A stretch of DNA of 37,309 bases. Origin: a virus. The notes beneath the pieces are model-generated. The model made no database searches. It was not told the DNA's origin and worked only from the letters and a program-made list of their open reading frames with translations. Positions 33,363 to 37,309 of this stretch are shown here, piece after piece. Numbering within the stretch: the stretch's first letter is position 1; the number at the start of each line of letters is the position of its first letter. The DNA lies in the IMG/VR virus record IMGVR_UViG_3300045988_171288. One strand, written 5' to 3'. The position numbers and the translations under genes were made by a program.

Positions 33363-33495
33363 ATTCTCTAACAGCTAGTATATATATGTCATAACATTTA
33401 TCTGAATGTTGTATTTCATGTTTTTCTATTCCCATGTCTTTAGCTATCCTATGAGCTATTTTTATAATTTCATCTTTGCCATCAATAATTGACAT
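33334..33495 (-). CDS. 53-aa hypothetical protein
   Basis: My own translation: MSIIDGKDEIIKIAHRIAKDMGIEKHEIQHSDKCYDIYILAVREYDSRKNKEV. RBS AGGAGA lies 5 nt upstream. Confidence 0.45.
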   Translation of the reverse strand: MSIIDGKDEIIKIAHRIAKDMGIEKHEIQHSDKCYDIYILAVREYDSRKNKEV

Positions 33496-33646
33496 TTTTT
33501 CTCCTGCTTTCTATGCACTTATCACATATTATTTTATTTTTTATTTTTTCTAGCTTTATTGCTCTATTTTTATCAACTAATATATTTTGCTTATCATCAC
33601 AATGTTTACAAGACATTGTAAATACTATTAATTCATTATTTTTCAT
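33482..33646 (-). CDS. 54-aa zinc-ribbon protein
   Basis: My own translation: MKNNELIVFTMSCKHCDDKQNILVDKNRAIKLEKIKNKIICDKCIESRRKNVNY, with two CxxC pairs. Confidence 0.45.
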   Translation of the reverse strand: MKNNELIVFTMSCKHCDDKQNILVDKNRAIKLEKIKNKIICDKCIESRRKNVNY

Positions 33647-33648
33647 AT

Positions 33649-33846
33649 TTAATAACCTAAAGTTTCATATGGAACTTCTATACCTATTATTTGAGCGTCT
33701 AAGGCTTTTCTAGTTCCACTTTGAATATTTGTATTAAATACTTTACATTTGTTTCTACAAGCCGATTTATGCTCTTTATTTCCTATATAATTTTCACAGA
33801 AGCCATCTTCTGACAATTTAAACTTTTCGCATTTATTTTTCGTCAT
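33649..33846 (-). CDS. Cys-rich hypothetical protein
   Basis: RBS GAGAGGT. Contains 4 Cys residues. Confidence 0.55.
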   Translation of the reverse strand: MTKNKCEKFKLSEDGFCENYIGNKEHKSACRNKCKVFNTNIQSGTRKALDAQIIGIEVPYETLGY

Positions 33847-33874
33847 ATTTACCTCTCATATTTTGTTATTTATA

Positions 33875-34816
33875 TCAATTTATTTTTCGCATCATAACGT
33901 GGATATAAGGCATCCCTGTCCATTTATTTCTTGTTGCTTTAAATCCAACAACTTTATATCCAGGATTTAATTTTTCCATTTCTTTTTCAATTAAGTTATG
34001 ATCACTTTCCATCTTGAATATTTTTTTCTTTGATACTTTTTTAGATGTAGTTATAATAGGCTCTTTTAATCCTTGACTACATCCCCAACGTTTTTTTCCT
34101 TTTGGGTCTTTTGATAGGTAGTTAGCTAAGTCAGTTAAATGTTTTTCATCAGGATCTATTCGTCTTATATTATTTCTTCTTCCATACTTCCAGCAGTTTT
34201 CAACTTGATCCATTGTTAGTTCAGAACTCATAATCATATGTACATGATATTTTCCTTTGCCTTCTTTTGAAATCTCAATTACATACATATACTTAATTTT
34301 CTTGTACTTTTTCTTATTTATTTTGTGCGATAACTTTTTTCCTTCTTGGTGTACTTGAAGTTTCATGTATTCATAATTAAGTTTGTTTATGTATGCTCTT
34401 ACGTGCTTTTTAGCTTCTTCATAACTTTTAGGTCTATTATCATTTCTGTAGTTAAGAGTTAAATAATAATCACCTTTTCCAAAGTTAGCATTTACTTTTC
34501 TTATGAAGTGCTTAACTGCATTTTTATTATTGAGATTCTTTTGAGCCTTCTTAGTAGTTTTAACTCTAAATTCTTCAGGTATATCTTTTTTTAAGAATAC
34601 TGGGTACATTTCAAGTTCTCTTATTGGTCCTGATGTTATTGTTTTTGTTTCATATATACAATTACTTCTTGCATCTAGTATTTGATCTATATTGTTTATA
34701 TTTACAACTTCACTATCTATAGTTACTTGATGCTCCATCATTGCATCTATTAAGTTTTCAAAATCAACTTCTGTGTATAGATTTTTCTTTCTCCTTTGAC
34801 TTTTTTTAACTGACAT
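33875..34816 (-). CDS. HUH rolling-circle replication initiator (pC194/pUB110 Rep_1-like)
   Basis: Motif 1 YYLTLNY, motif 2 YHVHMIM (HUH), motif 3 LANYLSKD (catalytic Tyr). Confidence 0.7.
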   Translation of the reverse strand: MSVKKSQRRKKNLYTEVDFENLIDAMMEHQVTIDSEVVNINNIDQILDARSNCIYETKTITSGPIRELEMYPVFLKKDIPEEFRVKTTKKAQKNLNNKNAVKHFIRKVNANFGKGDYYLTLNYRNDNRPKSYEEAKKHVRAYINKLNYEYMKLQVHQEGKKLSHKINKKKYKKIKYMYVIEISKEGKGKYHVHMIMSSELTMDQVENCWKYGRRNNIRRIDPDEKHLTDLANYLSKDPKGKKRWGCSQGLKEPIITTSKKVSKKKIFKMESDHNLIEKEMEKLNPGYKVVGFKATRNKWTGMPYIHVMMRKIN

Positions 34817-34888
34817 TCTACTACCTCTTTTTTATACTTTTTATTACAAATATTTATGATAAAATAGAATCTGGAGGTGTTTGACTTT

Positions 34889-35209
34889 ATGAATCTATCA
34901 CATTCTGATTCTATTTTATTAATATCTGTCTTAGAGAACTTTATAAATAATGATTCTCTAGACATACCTATTAGTGTTGATGAAAAGCTAGAAGACAATA
35001 AATTTGCAAAGTCTCTTATATCTAAATTAGAAAATCAAGAAACACGTATTAATTTAGATGAAATTAGAGTTGCTTACAATTCACTTCTTTTTTTCCAAGA
35101 AATGATTTTGTCTACTAATCAATCCGATATGCAATCTAAAATATATTTAAAACAAGCAAAATCTTTAATTGCTACTTTTTATCCTATTTTAGAAAATGCA
35201 TTCAGTTAA
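34889..35209 (+). CDS. Hypothetical protein on the opposite strand within the early region
   Basis: Only plus-strand ORF in this block. The start is ambiguous (GTG 34877 or ATG 34889). Confidence 0.5.
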   Translation: MNLSHSDSILLISVLENFINNDSLDIPISVDEKLEDNKFAKSLISKLENQETRINLDEIRVAYNSLLFFQEMILSTNQSDMQSKIYLKQAKSLIATFYPILENAFS

Positions 35210-35292
35210 AATAAATAATTTATTTCGATATAAATATTTCTTTTAATATCTTTTTTACGACAGTACTTTATTTTAAGTGCTGTTTTTTTCAT
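35206..35292 (-). CDS. 28-aa basic peptide
   Basis: My own translation: MKKTALKIKYCRKKDIKRNIYIEINYLF. Strong RBS GGAGG lies 7 nt upstream. Confidence 0.35.
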   Translation of the reverse strand: MKKTALKIKYCRKKDIKRNIYIEINYLF

Positions 35293-35347
35293 TTCTATTC
35301 CTCCTTACTTATGACATCTTTTTATTATTTCTTACTCAAACTTTAAT

Positions 35348-35414
35348 ACTTAGTACAAGTCCGTTAAAAGGCTCACCGAACCATTTAAAAGACTTGTATC
35401 TATTAAGTTTTTTT
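35348..35414 (+). terminator. Long structured hairpin with T7 tail
   Basis: ACTTAGTACAAGTC (35348-35361) pairs imperfectly with GACTTGTATCTATTAAGT (35391-35408). The inner loop is GC-richer, and T-run 35408-35414 follows. Confidence 0.5.
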
Positions 35415-35437
35415 GGGTGTATTATTTTTAGTTAATA

Positions 35438-35608
35438 TCACACCTTTTTAGTGCATCCACATTTTGCTTTATTTTCTGATACTATTCTTTCTCTTGTATC
35501 AGATGTTCCTCTTATGTATGCAATTATTGATGGTTTATCTTTTTCATCTATAATATCTGTTTTGTTAAAAATATTTCTTAAAATTTTTTCTTTTTCTTCT
35601 ATTGTCAT
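35438..35608 (-). CDS. First early gene (56 aa), in the Cro position but with no obvious HTH
   Basis: ATG at 35608 lies 7 nt after AAAGGAGA. Divergent from the repressor gene. Confidence 0.55.
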   Translation of the reverse strand: MTIEEKEKILRNIFNKTDIIDEKDKPSIIAYIRGTSDTRERIVSENKAKCGCTKKV

Positions 35609-35644
35609 AAAATATTCTCCTTTCAATTTCTTTTAATATAAAAG

Positions 35645-35675
35645 ATTATATATTGATATAACTTTTATATCAATA
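35645..35675 (-). promoter_or_regulatory. Consensus early promoter overlapped by an 11-3-11 palindromic operator
   Basis: On the minus strand: TTGATA (35673->35668), 17 nt, TATAAT (35650->35645). Palindrome is TATTGATATAA (35651-35661) / TTATATCAATA (35665-35675). Confidence 0.7.
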
Positions 35676-35768
35676 GTTTTTTGTCTTTTTTTGTCGCTTT
35701 TTATATTTTTTAATATTTTTTCTTTTATTTTAAAAGTTTTTATGTTATTGTATAAATAAGGTGATAAA

Positions 35769-36125
35769 ATGAATAATAGAATAAAACAAGCAAGAAAAAA
35801 ATTAAATCTTACACAAAAAAAATTCGGTGAAAACCTAAACTTAAGCGAATCTCATATATCTAATTTAGAAAAAGGACGAGTTAATCTTACAGCTCGAAAT
35901 ATAGATGATATATGCTCTACTTATAACATTAATCAAGTTTGGCTAGAAACTGGAGAAGGTGATATTTTTTCAGAACTTACAAAAGATGATGAATTTAACA
36001 TTTTGGTAGGTAAATTAGTGGCAGAAGAAGATAGTTTTAAGAAAAAAGTTATAGAAGAGATGCTAAAATTAGATGATGAAGATTGGCTATTCATAGAAAA
36101 GTTTGTAAGTAAAATAAAGAGCTAG
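35769..36125 (+). CDS. XRE-family HTH repressor (CI-like, no S24 peptidase domain)
   Basis: IKQARKKLNLTQKKFGENLNLSESHISNLEKGR is a classic HTH_3 sequence. Divergent from the early operon. Confidence 0.8.
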   Translation: MNNRIKQARKKLNLTQKKFGENLNLSESHISNLEKGRVNLTARNIDDICSTYNINQVWLETGEGDIFSELTKDDEFNILVGKLVAEEDSFKKKVIEEMLKLDDEDWLFIEKFVSKIKS

Positions 36126-36152
36126 ATATATTATCTAGCTCTTTATTTTTAT
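36113..36152. terminator. Bidirectional terminator overlapping the repressor stop codon
   Basis: AAAGAGCTAGAT / ATCTAGCTCTTT stem, followed by a T-run. Confidence 0.7.
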
Positions 36153-36254
36153 CCCAACTATTCCAATTAGCATAAACTTTATTTTTTTTAATAGTTTAAA
36201 ATTATCTATATTTATAATAATATCAATTATTTCTTTTTTTATTTCTTCTTTCAT
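36135..36254 (-). CDS. 39-aa peptide downstream of the methyltransferase
   Basis: My own translation: MKEEIKKEIIDIIINIDNFKLLKKIKFMLIGIVGIKIKS. RBS GGAGG lies 4-5 nt upstream. Confidence 0.4.
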   Translation of the reverse strand: MKEEIKKEIIDIIINIDNFKLLKKIKFMLIGIVGIKIKS

Positions 36255-36277
36255 AATTCCTCCAAATGGTATAAGTA

Positions 36278-37027
36278 CTAGTCATTTATGTTATATTCTA
36301 TTGAAATTCTATTCTTAGCTTTTTCAAAATAATTTTTATCTAATTCTATTCCTATAAATTTTCTTTTTGTTTTAGCACAAGCAACTCCTGTACTTCCACT
36401 TCCCATACAATTGTCCAATATAATATCTCCTTCACGAGTATAAGTTTTTATTAAATACTCAAGAAGATCTACTGGCTTTTGAGTTGGATGTATAGTCTTT
36501 GTTTCTTTATTAAAAAATAAAACATTATTTGGATAATTAGTATATTTAACTATATGTTCTTTTAATAAAGTTGACTCATTATAAATACTATCTTTACCCT
36601 TATTTTCTATTCTTTTTTTAATTTTGGGTTTATCTAACTTTTTCAATCCTTGTGGCACATACAACGGTTTTTTCTTATAAAATACATTTATATCTTCCAC
36701 TTTTCGCATTGGTTGATGTTTTGCAAATGCAAAACCTGTAACTGTATTTTTTATCCAATACCAGCTGTATTTGTAGTTCTTTATATTTGAATTAATTAAT
36801 TTTGTTGTAAATGGTTGAGCTGAAAATAATACTATAGCTCCATTGTCTTTTATAATACGGTTATATTGCTCCCACATTTCATCAAATGAAATTATATTAT
36901 CCCATTTGCAGTCTGTTGTCCCATATGGTAAATCGCACAGAATCATGTCTATAGTTTTATCTTTAATATATTTCATTCTCTCTATACATTCATCATTGTA
37001 TAACTCATATCTTTTTATATCTTCCAT
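36278..37027 (-). CDS. DNA methyltransferase, beta-class N6A/N4C (N6_N4_Mtase-like), orphan
   Basis: Motif IV CDLPYG precedes the AdoMet motif DNCMGSGSTGVA. HPTQKP motif. No adjacent nuclease. Confidence 0.85.
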   Translation of the reverse strand: MEDIKRYELYNDECIERMKYIKDKTIDMILCDLPYGTTDCKWDNIISFDEMWEQYNRIIKDNGAIVLFSAQPFTTKLINSNIKNYKYSWYWIKNTVTGFAFAKHQPMRKVEDINVFYKKKPLYVPQGLKKLDKPKIKKRIENKGKDSIYNESTLLKEHIVKYTNYPNNVLFFNKETKTIHPTQKPVDLLEYLIKTYTREGDIILDNCMGSGSTGVACAKTKRKFIGIELDKNYFEKAKNRISIEYNIND

Positions 37028-37253
37028 GACGCTCCTTTCATTAAACTAATAATTCACTCTGTAAACTTTATTTATATATATGTATTTGTAATGCTTTATT
37101 ATTTATAATAAGATTATCGAACGTTTGTTCTAGGAAAATTATACCATCTTGATTTATTATTTTCAATATATAACTTCAAAAGTTTTTAAAACCAAAAAAG
37201 GCGTATCTACTCTTGTTTATAAAGAATAAATACACCTTTTATTTTTCATTTTT

Positions 37254-37309
37254 ACCCCCAGTATCTTGAGATATCACCCCCCAGTATCTTGAGATATCAC
37301 CCCCCAGTA
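37254..37309. repeat. Same 23-bp tandem repeat as at 1-55 (11-bp partial plus about 2 copies)
   Basis: 37265-37309 is identical to 1-45. A partial unit ACCCCCAGTAT lies at 37254-37264. Confidence 0.85.

Larger units (their letters stand above)
1..37309. mobile_element. Temperate siphovirus-type phage genome with plasmid maintenance module (phage-plasmid candidate)
   Basis: HK97-type packaging, head, tail and lysis block on the minus strand. rep, iterons and actin-like partition genes on the plus strand. First 45 bp identical to last 45 bp. Confidence 0.7.

Noticed and set aside
34750-34998. 82-aa minus-strand ORF upstream of the HUH Rep gene
   Set aside because: It overlaps both the Rep 5' end and the plus-strand ORF, has no RBS, and spans the divergent promoter region.
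37115-37135. DnaA box near the origin (TTATCGAAC at about 37122)
   Set aside because: It matches the TTATCCACA consensus at only about 6 of 9 positions and occurs once. This is not distinguishable from chance in AT-rich DNA.

Overview
The window looks like a complete, AT-rich (Clostridium-like, low-GC Firmicutes) temperate siphovirus genome that also carries a plasmid maintenance module, so it is a phage-plasmid candidate. The first 45 bp are identical to the last 45 bp, and both ends lie inside a 23-bp tandem repeat array next to a putative rep gene. This suggests a circular molecule opened inside its origin. The plus strand from 0.1 to 5.1 kb holds rep, two ribbon-helix-helix (RHH) genes, an actin-like ParM-type ATPase with a palindromic centromere-like array, small peptides, an AbrB-like gene, a type I toxin-antitoxin-like locus and two paralogs that contain only a resolvase-type HTH. 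A catalytic-domain-only tyrosine recombinase and a GIY-YIG nuclease follow at 5.5-7.0 kb. The minus strand from 35.6 to 7.3 kb reads as one phage program. It runs from the early genes (HUH rolling-circle Rep, Bro-N antirepressor, Spo0E-like phosphatase, SSB, VRR-NUC, ArpU-like late regulator) through HNH, terS, terL, portal, protease and an HK97-type capsid. Connectors, tail, tape measure, Dit/Tal, fibres and an amidase endolysin come next, then an unusual three-gene module after the endolysin and a BhlA/UviB-like holin. An XRE repressor and an orphan DNA methyltransferase close the circle. I saw no tRNA, rRNA, CRISPR array or large classical defence enzyme. All functional calls come from motifs read by eye and no database search was run. 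The items most worth follow-up are the partition/origin architecture, the type I TA-like locus, the phased 11-bp repeat array with a terminated leader ahead of the late operon, the module after the endolysin, and the sporulation-related morons.
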